DNA of 64,000 bases, taken from positions 16,370 to 80,369 of the IMG/VR virus record IMGVR_UViG_2883843030_000002; one strand, written 5' to 3'. A program made the position numbers and the translations under genes. This document shows positions 27,329 through 36,965 of this stretch, piece by piece (the stretch's first letter is position 1; the number at the start of each line of letters is the position of its first letter). This DNA is from a virus (Duplodnaviria; Caudoviricetes). The notes beneath the pieces were generated by a model. The model was not told where the DNA came from. It did not search any database and worked only from the letters and a program-made list of their open reading frames with translations.

Positions 27329-27958
27329 TTAGAGCCAGGACATGGGGTCCTCAACGGTTTTAGGCTTCCACCCCTCGAATACGAACTGATTGATTAGGTT
27401 TTCGAGAGTCAGGCATATGGCGCAGTCGTCCGCACGAGGTGCGTCTATCTGCGTTTCGTCGACTGTCATTGGCATTAGGAGTGCCGATATGCTCTTTGAT
27501 TTTATAACAGCCGGATTGCCTTCTGGTGTCTGGAACATTTCAGCGGACTTGATTTCAGGGGTTAGAGCGAAGAGATTGAGAAGCGTTGCGAGATACTTGA
27601 TGGAGAGGCCTTTTCCTCGGATTACCACCATGTCTTTGTCCGTGAATCCGGGCTGACGTGTGAACCATGCGCAGGCTTTCTGCAACTGCACAAGGTCAAT
27701 GCGAGGGCGATAGTGCGTCAGGCGCTCCTTTGACGGGAACACACGTTTGTAGTTTGGATAGGTACCGGGGATTTCCTCTCCGTTTACGTTGAGGATTTTC
27801 CCCGCGTGTTTGGGATTGGCGTGATTGAACACTACGAGCACATGTGTGTCGGTTGCGACACAACACTTCTCGTCAAAGAACACCCCCATCATTTGTGGAT
27901 GGACGGTGTCCTTGCTCGCGATGGTTGAGTACATCGCTTTGATAATCTTTTTTTCCAT
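27329..27958 (-). CDS. DNA polymerase III beta-clamp-like domain protein
   Basis: MMGVFFD...VATDTHVL...GTYPNYKRVFP...LLMPM resembles the DnaN central/C-terminal domains. Confidence 0.6.
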   Translation of the reverse strand: MEKKIIKAMYSTIASKDTVHPQMMGVFFDEKCCVATDTHVLVVFNHANPKHAGKILNVNGEEIPGTYPNYKRVFPSKERLTHYRPRIDLVQLQKACAWFTRQPGFTDKDMVVIRGKGLSIKYLATLLNLFALTPEIKSAEMFQTPEGNPAVIKSKSISALLMPMTVDETQIDAPRADDCAICLTLENLINQFVFEGWKPKTVEDPMSWL

Positions 27959-27976
27959 GTTCGGATGATTATGTTG

Positions 27977-28249
27977 TTAATAAATTGGGTGAGTTTCGTA
28001 GTTCTCAGGATTATTATAAAACTCTTTGTTGCGAAGATAGTGGTCGGCATTGCGATATCGCCAATATTCTTCTTTGAATTGCTCGTTAGAAATTGGGAAA
28101 ACTTGTTCAATCATGAATATCTCGTCATCGATATGATCTGTAGCGTCGGGGATATTTACTCTGTTGAGAAATTCCCTCACGCAGCGGAAATATTTTTCCT
28201 TTTCTGAGGTAGCATTCATTGTTTTTCTTAGCTTAGGGGTATATAGCAT
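27977..28249 (-). CDS. Hypothetical phage protein
   Basis: 90-aa frame. Confidence 0.5.
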   Translation of the reverse strand: MLYTPKLRKTMNATSEKEKYFRCVREFLNRVNIPDATDHIDDEIFMIEQVFPISNEQFKEEYWRYRNADHYLRNKEFYNNPENYETHPIY

Positions 28250-28292
28250 TCGGTCCCGCCGAAGCAGGACCTATATTGTGGATTTATATTGG

Positions 28293-28511
28293 TTAGAATT
28301 CGTTGTCGATTTCTGAGACAACCATGGTTGCTAACTCGGACTCCCTCATTCCGTGGTTTTTGCAGAAGTTGTAGAATTTCTCGGGATTGTGCGTATCGAG
28401 GATGTAGAATGTGCCGTAGTCGTAAGCGAATTTCACATTCATCGCCATGAGTAGGTTCGCCATACTCATCTTGGCTTTCTCGACTTTGAGGATTTTGTCT
28501 TTTTCTACCAT
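28293..28511 (-). CDS. Hypothetical protein, first gene after promoter cassette 2
   Basis: 72 aa; ATG inside the repeat. Confidence 0.6.
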   Translation of the reverse strand: MVEKDKILKVEKAKMSMANLLMAMNVKFAYDYGTFYILDTHNPEKFYNFCKNHGMRESELATMVVSEIDNEF

Positions 28512-28614
28512 TGTCGTTTCAGTTTTGATTAAAACATCTTATTTGCATATACAAAGATAGTCAAAAATAATCATATATGCAACTATTTGGGAGATTGTTT
28601 TAATCGCATCTGCA
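28509..28614 (-). promoter_or_regulatory. Promoter/operator cassette copy 2
   Basis: 88 bp identical to copy 1; boxes at 28536, 28570, 28603. Confidence 0.8.
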
Positions 28615-28689
28615 AGATTTTTAGTCAATTACGCGCAACAAAGCGCAAGCCAGCCTCCCGACAAACTTGCGCAACAGTAGCTGACATAT

Positions 28690-28962
28690 TTACATATTCT
28701 CGCTTTCCTTATGAGTGCGTTGTTTTTCTATATATCGTTTGTAAGCCTCAGCGTGAATTTCTTTATCTATCTCGCTGCAGTCGCTTTCGTAGATTGTATG
28801 CGCCCTGAATAAGAAGATGATACCAGCCGGATGATTGCGGCCAAGCCACTTGTTAAATTCGGTTTCTTGCTCGTCGAGGTCTTCCCAAGTGGCACCAATG
28901 AAAGTTTGCACTTCATCTGAGTGATAGGGATCAATGGCCTCGTACCATACTTTGCGTATCAT
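28690..28962 (-). CDS. Hypothetical phage protein
   Basis: 90 aa. Confidence 0.55.
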   Translation of the reverse strand: MIRKVWYEAIDPYHSDEVQTFIGATWEDLDEQETEFNKWLGRNHPAGIIFLFRAHTIYESDCSEIDKEIHAEAYKRYIEKQRTHKESENM

Positions 28963-29405
28963 GATTTATCTTTTGGCTTATTCCGATTTTCTTGCACCCA
29001 TTTAGAAAGTATTTCGGGGTTATCGTGAATGTTTCCGGCGACTTTCATGAATGGGTAATGCCGGAGCATATCGCCTAACGGACAAGTTCCCAATAATGGG
29101 CCTTCGGTGTGGGTGTGCTCGATGAGGCAGAATGCGCATTGCTCCTCGTTGTACCTCACTTCGAGAGGAATTGTGGCTACGGTGGGTTCAATGAGAATGT
29201 CGCCTTCGTAGATGTCAGTCTTGTCGAGTTGTCCGGCGATTTGACCTAATGTGGCGGGATTTACCTCGTGCCAATCCATCATATAGACTGGATTGTCGGG
29301 GGCGGTTGGAATGCCAATGAACAGTTTGCCGTGGGTTTCAGCGAGTGAGCCATACACCCACTCACCATTATCAAGGCGTTTGCCTCTGAATTTATATTTC
29401 CTCAT
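28959..29405 (-). CDS. YopX family protein
   Basis: KFRGKRLDNGEWVYGSL, DIYEGDIL, GNIHDNPE. Confidence 0.85.
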   Translation of the reverse strand: MRKYKFRGKRLDNGEWVYGSLAETHGKLFIGIPTAPDNPVYMMDWHEVNPATLGQIAGQLDKTDIYEGDILIEPTVATIPLEVRYNEEQCAFCLIEHTHTEGPLLGTCPLGDMLRHYPFMKVAGNIHDNPEILSKWVQENRNKPKDKS

Positions 29406-29868
29406 AGCCGTCGGGATTTTCGGGACGCTTTACATAGATCGACGCTTCAATCGTATTTACATACGTGGCTCCGTCGTTGATTGTAAATAGTATGGTTCTA
29501 CGCTCCAGAAGCTCGTACGCCAATAGTTGTGCCATTCGGCATCGAATGCGATTAAAGTTTAAGTATTGTGCATTCTTTGGATATTGGTAGCCCAGTTTCA
29601 ACAGTTGGAGGTCTCCTACTTTTAAGGACAGCGGCGGCAGTTGCACAGCCTCCGTTGGGAACAGCCTATCGGCCCATCTGCGAAGAGTCTTCGCTATCGT
29701 CTTTTTTATTTTCATACTGCTTATTTTACTCTTGTGGTAGTCGTAGGCAACATGGTTAATAAATGTGCATACGACAAAGAATATCGCCCATCCATAATTA
29801 CGGTGATAGATGTCATTGATTGCCAACCATGCGCCGAGCGATACGAACACAAGGTTGTAATACTTCAT
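29392..29868 (-). CDS. Hypothetical protein with N-terminal TM segments
   Basis: 158 aa. Confidence 0.55.
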   Translation of the reverse strand: MKYYNLVFVSLGAWLAINDIYHRNYGWAIFFVVCTFINHVAYDYHKSKISSMKIKKTIAKTLRRWADRLFPTEAVQLPPLSLKVGDLQLLKLGYQYPKNAQYLNFNRIRCRMAQLLAYELLERRTILFTINDGATYVNTIEASIYVKRPENPDGYEEI

Positions 29869-29882
29869 GAAGATGTGATATT

Positions 29883-30242
29883 TTATTTGATGTTGATTGT
29901 TACTTCACATTCTATCGGCTCTGACCGCCATGTGATTTGTGGGTAGGCTATGCGCTTCAACTCCCGAAACTGCTTTCCATGCCAATAACCGTGTCCTGGA
30001 AGTTGCCCAGTGCACCGTATCGGTTTTTCTGAGAACGCAATCAAATTTCCATCTTCTTCGCGGGCTATCCATATAGTGCCTACTTTATATTCGGCTTCAG
30101 GTATTGGGACACCTCCATTGCGAAAATCGAGTTCATTCGGGTAGTACCACAGACCCTGCTCGTCGACGTAGCCGTCATGCCCGCTTTGTCTCGCAGGATA
30201 GAAAACCTTGATTTCTCCGGTTGCAATTATTCTCGCTTTCAT
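29883..30242 (-). CDS. Hypothetical phage protein (WIARE.DG.L..F..KP family)
   Basis: 119 aa. Confidence 0.6.
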   Translation of the reverse strand: MKARIIATGEIKVFYPARQSGHDGYVDEQGLWYYPNELDFRNGGVPIPEAEYKVGTIWIAREEDGNLIAFSEKPIRCTGQLPGHGYWHGKQFRELKRIAYPQITWRSEPIECEVTINIK

Positions 30243-30640
30243 TCGTCTAATAATTTCATTGTCTTAATTAATCCCGCTATAAATGCGTCTTCAGGAGTAT
30301 TGTAGAATTTCTCACTGGAGTATAATACCTCAAACTCCTCGATTTGTGCGTCGCTTAGTTCCCGGACTACCGGCACGTTGACCTCATCATCTATGGCGAA
30401 GTACTCACAATAACCGTAACTGTCCATTTGGCTGGCTACATCGCGGGCTTCTACGGCCCATATTAGCCGGTCTTCCTTTTCAGAGAGTGGGGTTAACAGA
30501 TAGGGCCTGGGTACTATCCATGCGCTATACTTGTCGAGAGCCCATCGTTGCGCTTCGTGATAGCCTATTGGCATTTCTCCTTTGTAACCACGTGTTCGCA
30601 TCATGACGGCGACGCTGGCCGGAATATGTTGTTTACTCAT
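30239..30640 (-). CDS. Hypothetical phage protein
   Basis: 133 aa. Confidence 0.6.
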   Translation of the reverse strand: MSKQHIPASVAVMMRTRGYKGEMPIGYHEAQRWALDKYSAWIVPRPYLLTPLSEKEDRLIWAVEARDVASQMDSYGYCEYFAIDDEVNVPVVRELSDAQIEEFEVLYSSEKFYNTPEDAFIAGLIKTMKLLDE

Positions 30641-31217
30641 ACGATTTTGAATTATTGAGTCTCTGTTCTACTTGTCGGTTGTCGGCTACGAAATCGTAGC
30701 AATCCTTGTCAGTTTCTCCGAATGTATCGTAGAAACAGTTTACGGAGTTCCAATTAATCCCGATAGAATGAATCTCCGGCATGCGTTGTATCAGAGATTC
30801 TATTGTCGCTATCAGATCCGTAAAGGCTTTCGTCACGCCCTCTCCGCCGTTTTTTCCTACCACATACTCTTCCCACGCATTTCGCACACTTGGAAAATCT
30901 GCAGCAAGGAAATAAGCCTTATCCATCATTGATTGCATGGTTAAACGTTCAGCCGGTGTCACTTTCTTTGAGAGTTGGAGATCCCATATCTCTTGCATAG
31001 GCATATCTCCTTCTCCATTCCAGAACATGGTTGCAGTGAAGCGAGAATTATACTCCTTAAGCGAATATGCTGAAGGGTACGACGGAAGATATTTGCGCTC
31101 CATATAGTGCATGAAACACATCCACGTTGCAATTGAACCCCTGCAAGGACGGTTAGCATCATACCACTTTCGGGGAGATTTATCCGTTGTTTTTGTATAG
31201 TATATCTCTATTGCCAT
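30633..31217 (-). CDS. Hypothetical phage protein
   Basis: 194 aa. Confidence 0.6.
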   Translation of the reverse strand: MAIEIYYTKTTDKSPRKWYDANRPCRGSIATWMCFMHYMERKYLPSYPSAYSLKEYNSRFTATMFWNGEGDMPMQEIWDLQLSKKVTPAERLTMQSMMDKAYFLAADFPSVRNAWEEYVVGKNGGEGVTKAFTDLIATIESLIQRMPEIHSIGINWNSVNCFYDTFGETDKDCYDFVADNRQVEQRLNNSKSYE

Positions 31218-31219
31218 GT

Positions 31220-31735
31220 TTATTGATTCAACGTTGTTTTAATTGATGCAAGAATCCTGATTAATTGGTCTGTCTGAAATTCAGCGTCTTCAATTGCTCT
31301 GTGAGTTTGCGGAGCTACATTGTCCCCGGCTAAATCTAGAATAGTCCTTAAATCACGGGGTTGCCAAAACTCCCACGGAAGAGGGATATTGATGGTTTCG
31401 TAGAGATCTTTAAGTACCTCTATATCCATATGTCCTTTGCTCCAAATATAACCGTCAATGGTTAAATGAGAGGAAACGAACTCATTTACATGTGAAATAA
31501 GCTCCGAGTATGAATGGCAGTTGAAGTCTGTGTCTATGTTCGGATTGGCTAAAAGCCAAATAACCGTTTCCCCTGAGAATGTCCTGCCGCAAGTGTTCCA
31601 TACGTCTGGGGCTACTGATAGTTGTCTTTTGGATATAATAGTACCGTCAGAGTTAAATGCGACCAATCCAACCTCTCTTATAGCGGCATCATTTCGCCTG
31701 CCAAGAGTTTCTATATCAATCATTATGCTGCTCAT
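31220..31735 (-). CDS. DEDDh 3'-5' exonuclease (RNase T/DUF5051-like)
   Basis: MIDIETLG, RDLRT, HRAIEDA. Confidence 0.85.
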   Translation of the reverse strand: MSSIMIDIETLGRRNDAAIREVGLVAFNSDGTIISKRQLSVAPDVWNTCGRTFSGETVIWLLANPNIDTDFNCHSYSELISHVNEFVSSHLTIDGYIWSKGHMDIEVLKDLYETINIPLPWEFWQPRDLRTILDLAGDNVAPQTHRAIEDAEFQTDQLIRILASIKTTLNQ

Positions 31736-31947
31736 AGTTTTTGGATTTCTGAGTTGTAGTAATTGAGAGCTCGTTCGATTGCTTCTCTGAAGATGCTTTT
31801 TACTGCTGTCGGTATCGGCATTTTATTTTCGTTGACGAGGAATGACCATTCGCGTTTTTCCCCCTCGATTGCCTTTTGCCTCATGTCGATGATTATGTCT
31901 CTCTCCGACATAAGCTCTGTGCATTTCAATGCTTTTAATAAGTCCAT
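31732..31947 (-). CDS. Hypothetical phage protein
   Basis: 71 aa. Confidence 0.55.
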   Translation of the reverse strand: MDLLKALKCTELMSERDIIIDMRQKAIEGEKREWSFLVNENKMPIPTAVKSIFREAIERALNYYNSEIQKL

Positions 31948-31954
31948 GTCGTTT

Positions 31955-32254
31955 TTATTTAGAATTGTTATCTAATATTTCTTTTCCGAATATTCTCTTG
32001 AGAGCATCCGAATAACCACGGCTATACTCTGTTGTACCTCCTTCTGCAGCATAGAAAAGTTTCTGTATCTCACCCTTTTCTGGCCCAGTGATCCTTTGAG
32101 CGAGAGATTGTGATAAAATATAGTTGACGGCAGCGTCAAAGCCGGCCTTAAAGTGGAGATAGCGGGCACTCCGGAATCCGTAGATTACAGTATTCCGATT
32201 CTTCTCGCAATAGTCTACGTAAATTTTCTTTCGAGTTTCTTCTGTGATTTCCAT
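31955..32254 (-). CDS. Hypothetical phage protein
   Basis: 99 aa. Confidence 0.55.
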   Translation of the reverse strand: MEITEETRKKIYVDYCEKNRNTVIYGFRSARYLHFKAGFDAAVNYILSQSLAQRITGPEKGEIQKLFYAAEGGTTEYSRGYSDALKRIFGKEILDNNSK

Positions 32255-32257
32255 CTT

Positions 32258-32611
32258 CTATTTTACTTCCAGTTCGTCCAGGATTTTCAGCACTTCCTGA
32301 TATCTTGTCAGACCTTGCCAATTCTCTTGTATGTCGTCATTCTCTCGGTCGTAATGTTCATCGAGGATGTATTCGTTAATGGTCTCTCCGAAAGCCTCAT
32401 CTGATAGACCATAGTCCGGGTCGCAATCGTCATACATTCCGAGTTTCCGGGCAACAGCTTGGCATTCCACATGACAAATCCAGTCTCCGACTATTCCATC
32501 ACAGATATTTGTCTGTCTCAAATATTTCTGACCTTTGTGGATAGTTCCATAGCAGAACATACATTTGTGCTCTTTGCGGGCCACCGGCGTTATTTCTTTG
32601 AGTATCGTCAT
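32258..32611 (-). CDS. Zn-binding protein (ARKEHKC..C...CH..C)
   Basis: Likely start MTILKE at 32611. Confidence 0.65.
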   Translation of the reverse strand: MTILKEITPVARKEHKCMFCYGTIHKGQKYLRQTNICDGIVGDWICHVECQAVARKLGMYDDCDPDYGLSDEAFGETINEYILDEHYDRENDDIQENWQGLTRYQEVLKILDELEVK

Positions 32612-32615
32612 ATTA

Positions 32616-32792
32616 CTACCTTGTCTTTTTATGTGATATACGATAGACAGCAATTGCACTCGCCGCATTCAATAAAGCTAGCACGACAAATATAGTGCAC
32701 CAATAGTAACGATGAACCATTGCATTGGCGACTAAACAAGATATTGATAACATAACGCTCGCACAATTAAATATGATACAAAAAGTATTCAT
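32616..32792 (-). CDS. Small two-TM membrane protein (58 aa, not in ORF track)
   Basis: MNTFCIIFNCASVMLSISCLVANAMVHRYYWCTIFVVLALLNAASAIAVYRISHKKTR. Confidence 0.45.
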   Translation of the reverse strand: MNTFCIIFNCASVMLSISCLVANAMVHRYYWCTIFVVLALLNAASAIAVYRISHKKTR

Positions 32793-32870
32793 TGCTTCTT
32801 CTTCGATTTTATAGGTGATAGTTTGAGGATCTTATTTGCAAGCTCTACCTTTAGTACAACTCGTAACACA

Positions 32871-33746
32871 TCACTCGTACAATACTTTCTGCTTTGATGC
32901 TGGCACGTAAGTTACATCATCCCATCGTTTATGGTCAGATGATGGAAAAAGCATACAAGCAGAAGTATAGTCGTTTTCTGATGTCGCTGTGCCATTATGG
33001 TCAAAACTTACTTCAATACCATCATAATTTTCAATAATAATGTTTCCATTTTCAATGCGTACAAATTTGACTTCTTTTGCTTCGCGGAGTCGACCCTTGT
33101 ACCATCGTTCGTACCATAAAATAGTACCGGACTCGGCGGTTTTCAGCTTAGAAAGAATAGGATTCTCTGTCTGTTTATAGATATCCTGAAGTTGTTTGAG
33201 TTCCTGCTCCTTGCTGTATATTTCACATCTCAACTTGTAGTGGAGGTATGGTTTTATCTCACGGATGCGATAATCAAGATAGTCAGGATTAAACATCCTG
33301 AATGTTACTGAAATGGAAGCAGGTAATCCGATGTTTACACCCTCTTCAGTCAGCCCATACAATATGATTTCGTCATCAAATACATGGTGTTGATACGCTG
33401 GGCTATGAATGTCGATTTGAGTATAACAAGAGCACCCATTCTCATATTTCTCCAAGTCACTTTCTACGGGTCCCCATTGTTTTAGTAAATTTCCAACCGC
33501 TGGCAAGTGATATTCCAGATACAATTTTCGGGCATATTGATAGCCTAAAAACCACACCTCCCAAGTCTTCTGTCGTATAAGATTAAACAAAGCGCTTTTT
33601 CGGGATATTGAATCGGTGGTTTGATGTTCTTTTACGGTGTCTAAAATTTCTTCTGGTGTCATGCTTCTAATGGTTGTTGTGATGTTAATAACTAGATCCA
33701 AAGGCATCTTGCCCGGCAATCTCTCCGTCTTCCGAACAATTTTCAA
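32871..33746 (-). CDS. Hypothetical phage protein
   Basis: 291-aa frame; start uncertain. Confidence 0.6.
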   Translation of the reverse strand: MKIVRKTERLPGKMPLDLVINITTTIRSMTPEEILDTVKEHQTTDSISRKSALFNLIRQKTWEVWFLGYQYARKLYLEYHLPAVGNLLKQWGPVESDLEKYENGCSCYTQIDIHSPAYQHHVFDDEIILYGLTEEGVNIGLPASISVTFRMFNPDYLDYRIREIKPYLHYKLRCEIYSKEQELKQLQDIYKQTENPILSKLKTAESGTILWYERWYKGRLREAKEVKFVRIENGNIIIENYDGIEVSFDHNGTATSENDYTSACMLFPSSDHKRWDDVTYVPASKQKVLYE

Positions 33747-34131
33747 AAGGCAAATAAATTCTACCTTTGTTCGGTACTTTCTTTAATGTTTCGGCTAACT
33801 TATCTCTAAGGCAGTTGTCAAGATCGAACCATTCAACATTATCTAACGCCCATTTAACGTAATTGGGATCGCTCTCGATAACATCAGAAACAAACTTGCC
33901 TTTGTGTTTCCCGAAAGTGAATTTATCTTCACGCATTATAAAGACTGGCATTTCTCTAAACACAGTATTATCTATCCCGAAACAGGCACAAGGTTGTTTA
34001 TTGTCACTTTGCCAAGATTGCCAGCATTCCTTTGCCAAATCACAAAATTTACATGAATTGTGAGGACTATCCACTAACGCGTATAGTTTGCCATTCATTA
34101 TTATGGCATTGTCTGGAAATACACTGCTCAT
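33685..34131 (-). CDS. Protein with FGKHKG...DP.YV.W (DUF3820/ExoX C-terminal-like) motif
   Basis: FTFGKHKGKFVSDVIESDPNYVKW. Confidence 0.6.
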   Translation of the reverse strand: MSSVFPDNAIIMNGKLYALVDSPHNSCKFCDLAKECWQSWQSDNKQPCACFGIDNTVFREMPVFIMREDKFTFGKHKGKFVSDVIESDPNYVKWALDNVEWFDLDNCLRDKLAETLKKVPNKGRIYLPFENCSEDGEIAGQDAFGSSY

Positions 34132-34316
34132 TTCTTCTTTTGGTGTTTAAGGCGTGTTATAGCGTCCTTTTTAGAGTACGCCATAACCTTATGCCCTTTG
34201 ATTGAAAATTCGCGTAACTGTCTGCTATCAACCGCTTTTATGGGTCTGTCGGAGAACTTAACTTTCGTTCTCGGAAGTCGCTCCATGAACAAAGCGTCAA
34301 TGTCATATCCAAACAT
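34128..34316 (-). CDS. Small basic phage protein (MAYSKKDAI)
   Basis: 62 aa. Confidence 0.55.
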   Translation of the reverse strand: MFGYDIDALFMERLPRTKVKFSDRPIKAVDSRQLREFSIKGHKVMAYSKKDAITRLKHQKKK

Positions 34317-34675
34317 TATGTGTTACCTCCTTTCAGCGGCGGGATGGGGAGCCATGCTTTCACAGATATTTGTTTAAAATATACAGACATTGCATATCCT
34401 CCTTGGTACTTTCCATCTATCCACGGAGCAACTTCAACGATTAGCCGATCATTTCCATGTTCAAGCAATGTAAGATGACTCCCATCCTCCGGCAGCTCCA
34501 CCTTCGGGTCTTTCCACTGCGAGGCGAGGGCTTCGGCGGCTCCGGCAAGGTAGGCTTGCTGAATATCTTTGGAGTCAAAATAAGGGGCAAGGTGGTCGAG
34601 GGGGTGAGCTGGTCTACTTATAGCGCGGACAAGTTCTTTCTCGGCATACGCTTTCGCTTTTTCTTCGTTTGTCAT
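34316..34675 (-). CDS. DUF551-like phage protein
   Basis: W.DPKVELP...VKAWLPIP. Confidence 0.55.
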   Translation of the reverse strand: MTNEEKAKAYAEKELVRAISRPAHPLDHLAPYFDSKDIQQAYLAGAAEALASQWKDPKVELPEDGSHLTLLEHGNDRLIVEVAPWIDGKYQGGYAMSVYFKQISVKAWLPIPPLKGGNT

Positions 34676-35067
34676 AGCCTGTTGAGTTTATAGTTGTTGG
34701 CGTTCAGCCATTCGATTGCCTGAACGCATACTTCGATGATGTCGGTGGAGTATATGCACATCAAGTTGTGGCATTCATCATATATGCAGTACTGATAGTC
34801 TATTTGCCAACCACTCATGAAGGGATAGATTAGCAGTCCATATTTTTGCACCTCATCATAAGGGCTTTCATCTACTTTTATCTCTTTCGGAAGAAGTCCG
34901 AGCAACGCCGATAAAGACCACACAAGCGTCTCTTTTGTCTCGTCAACTGGGAAATCTTGCGTCCTATTCAAAAGATTTCCCAAACGTGTTTCAATCATAT
35001 CCGCCGTCTCGGGGTCAACTCCGCATTCAAGCAGCCGGCGGGACTGCGAGCAACAGGTTGCTATCAT
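34672..35067 (-). CDS. Bacteroidales phage protein (QSRRLL..GVDPETADM...WSLSALL)
   Basis: Recurrent family motif. Confidence 0.65.
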   Translation of the reverse strand: MIATCCSQSRRLLECGVDPETADMIETRLGNLLNRTQDFPVDETKETLVWSLSALLGLLPKEIKVDESPYDEVQKYGLLIYPFMSGWQIDYQYCIYDECHNLMCIYSTDIIEVCVQAIEWLNANNYKLNRL

Positions 35068-35378
35068 GGTTTATTTGAGTTGTTGTTTATTGTTATCGAT
35101 GGATATGTATGTTTTGTTAATGACAATATCGTTATTGCGCTTTTACACCGTTCTATATTGCCCTCAAAATATCGTGTTGCAAGAATTGTGTATGCAATTT
35201 CAAAAATGTTCTTTTTTCTCCAAGGGAATGTATATACGTAATCTCGCCCATTTTTTTGAGACTCATGTGTAAACATATAGTACTTCTGATTTCGGGCATA
35301 GTTGATAGTACAACCGTACGTCCTCAGATTTAACTTTATTCTCTTAGATTTTTTCATTTCACTTGGGCTTAGACACAC
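35064..35378 (-). CDS. Hypothetical basic protein
   Basis: 104 aa. Confidence 0.45.
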   Translation of the reverse strand: MCLSPSEMKKSKRIKLNLRTYGCTINYARNQKYYMFTHESQKNGRDYVYTFPWRKKNIFEIAYTILATRYFEGNIERCKSAITILSLTKHTYPSITINNNSNKP

Positions 35379-35387
35379 ATTGTTAAT

Positions 35388-35765
35388 TTAGAATGTTATT
35401 ACTGCTAAAACTGGAGCCGAAGAGAGTCGATATCCACGAGAGGCTGCTTCGCACGCCATCGTCTCGTTATCTGTGACTTTGAGGTTTATGAGGATTTCCC
35501 GACGTTCATCGTTGGTAAATTCGGGCGTGCAGAAGATGTCCGACACGTCGTTGAATGTGCTTTCGTTGTTCACCATAACGATGCTGTTGAAAGGTGTCTC
35601 ATAGAGGAAAGCCACGATTTTCACTGTTGTCTTTTGGACACGCTCTGCGTACTGGATTGCGGCTCTGACAAAGCGTTTCATTAGATAGTATTTCTTCTCT
35701 CGCGCATTGGTATGAACACACCCAGGAGCCAGACCAATTTCCATAAGTTCTGCTGTTGCTGACAT
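35388..35765 (-). CDS. Hypothetical phage protein
   Basis: 125 aa. Confidence 0.6.
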   Translation of the reverse strand: MSATAELMEIGLAPGCVHTNAREKKYYLMKRFVRAAIQYAERVQKTTVKIVAFLYETPFNSIVMVNNESTFNDVSDIFCTPEFTNDERREILINLKVTDNETMACEAASRGYRLSSAPVLAVITF

Positions 35766-35783
35766 TTTATTTTGAGTTGAGGG

Positions 35784-36140
35784 TTACCATTGGTGATTGC
35801 CAAGTTCTCTGGTGACAATGAACTTATTCGGCTTGTCTTCTGACATAGGGTTAGTGCTCATTTCTACGAGCGATACACAACCATGAGCGTCCATTACGCG
35901 CTGGTCGTATTTCCACGTTTCATAATCGTGTCGGGCCTCTTCGTAATCGTCGTAGAGTTCCTCTTCGTCGATGTCTGCGTGTATTGCCAGCACTTTCAGT
36001 CGATAAATTTTGTTGGGAGCATACTCAAAGTGTCCTAAATCTCTTGCCATATTGTGGTGATTATTTTTGATTGGGAATATCTTATTTGCGTGATTAGTGA
36101 TCCGTTTCAGGGTGTCTATAGGTTTCTTATGTATAGTCAT
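35784..36140 (-). CDS. Hypothetical phage protein
   Basis: 118-aa frame; may start at MARDLG. Confidence 0.55.
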   Translation of the reverse strand: MTIHKKPIDTLKRITNHANKIFPIKNNHHNMARDLGHFEYAPNKIYRLKVLAIHADIDEEELYDDYEEARHDYETWKYDQRVMDAHGCVSLVEMSTNPMSEDKPNKFIVTRELGNHQW

Positions 36141-36550
36141 AACTTCAGGAATCTCTCAAAGCGAGTACCTACTTCTGTCATAACCATCGGCCACCCGTAT
36201 AGAGCCACTAGCAGTATCTTCATGCCGACTTGAGGGATATAACCATCTGCACCCCCAACTTCTGCGTAGATGTTGGGGTACATTTTGGCATACTCAAAAG
36301 CTGCCTTTAACAATTTGTCTTTGCTTAACTGTAAGACTCTCCCGTTCTCAATGTCGGTAAAGAATAAATCCCTGCCGTCAAATAGACCTTCGGCTGTTGC
36401 TTCGTAGTAAGGGTCGGCCTCTATGGGATTCCCTATAGCCAACATTTGGCCGAGGTCGAACTGATAACCATAGTCCAAAGCACTCGTAATGAGAGATTGT
36501 AACTCCTGACAGTCTATTACCGGCATGTCAGTCAACTGTTCCGTTGCCAT
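36137..36550 (-). CDS. Hypothetical phage protein
   Basis: 137 aa. Confidence 0.6.
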   Translation of the reverse strand: MATEQLTDMPVIDCQELQSLITSALDYGYQFDLGQMLAIGNPIEADPYYEATAEGLFDGRDLFFTDIENGRVLQLSKDKLLKAAFEYAKMYPNIYAEVGGADGYIPQVGMKILLVALYGWPMVMTEVGTRFERFLKL

Positions 36551-36812
36551 AGTACATATCGAATCGTTTCATTTCAGAAAGAGAGCGATACCACTCGTCG
36601 TATTCTGCCTTGACAGCATTGTCAGCAAACTTGAAATAGCAGCCGTTGCAGTATCGGTACGTTCTATTTGCGTTGTAGAAGTTCTCGAACAGCTCCTCTT
36701 TTGTGGAGGCTTCCATCGTGATTTCCTCCTCTATGGCAAAATCCCAATATTTGAGGACTTTCGCCTTGTAAGCTCTGGATGTCCCTACGGGAGTTCCGGT
36801 TGTTTTCTCCAT
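36528..36812 (-). CDS. Hypothetical protein, first gene after promoter cassette 3 (RYCNG...YYGNGTVD)
   Basis: 94 aa. Confidence 0.65.
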   Translation of the reverse strand: MEKTTGTPVGTSRAYKAKVLKYWDFAIEEEITMEASTKEELFENFYNANRTYRYCNGCYFKFADNAVKAEYDEWYRSLSEMKRFDMYYGNGTVD

Positions 36813-36823
36813 TCAGCGGTTGG

Positions 36824-36919
36824 TTTTTTGATTATTTTTATCCTATTTGCATACGCAAAGATAATCAAAAATAATCATTTATGCAAGTTTTAGAGGGTTT
36901 ATTTTAATCATATCTGCAA
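36824..36919 (-). promoter_or_regulatory. Promoter/operator cassette copy 3
   Basis: Boxes at 36840, 36874, 36907; 8 mismatches in 96 bp versus 62684-62779. Confidence 0.8.
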
Positions 36920-36957
36920 TTTTTCAATGACATTTAGGCCGTTTCGGATATTATTTG

Positions 36958-36965
36958 TATCTTTG
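36958..36965 (+). promoter_or_regulatory. Divergent plus-strand -7 promoter element
   Basis: TATCTTTG(CA) upstream of the only plus-strand operon. Confidence 0.6.
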
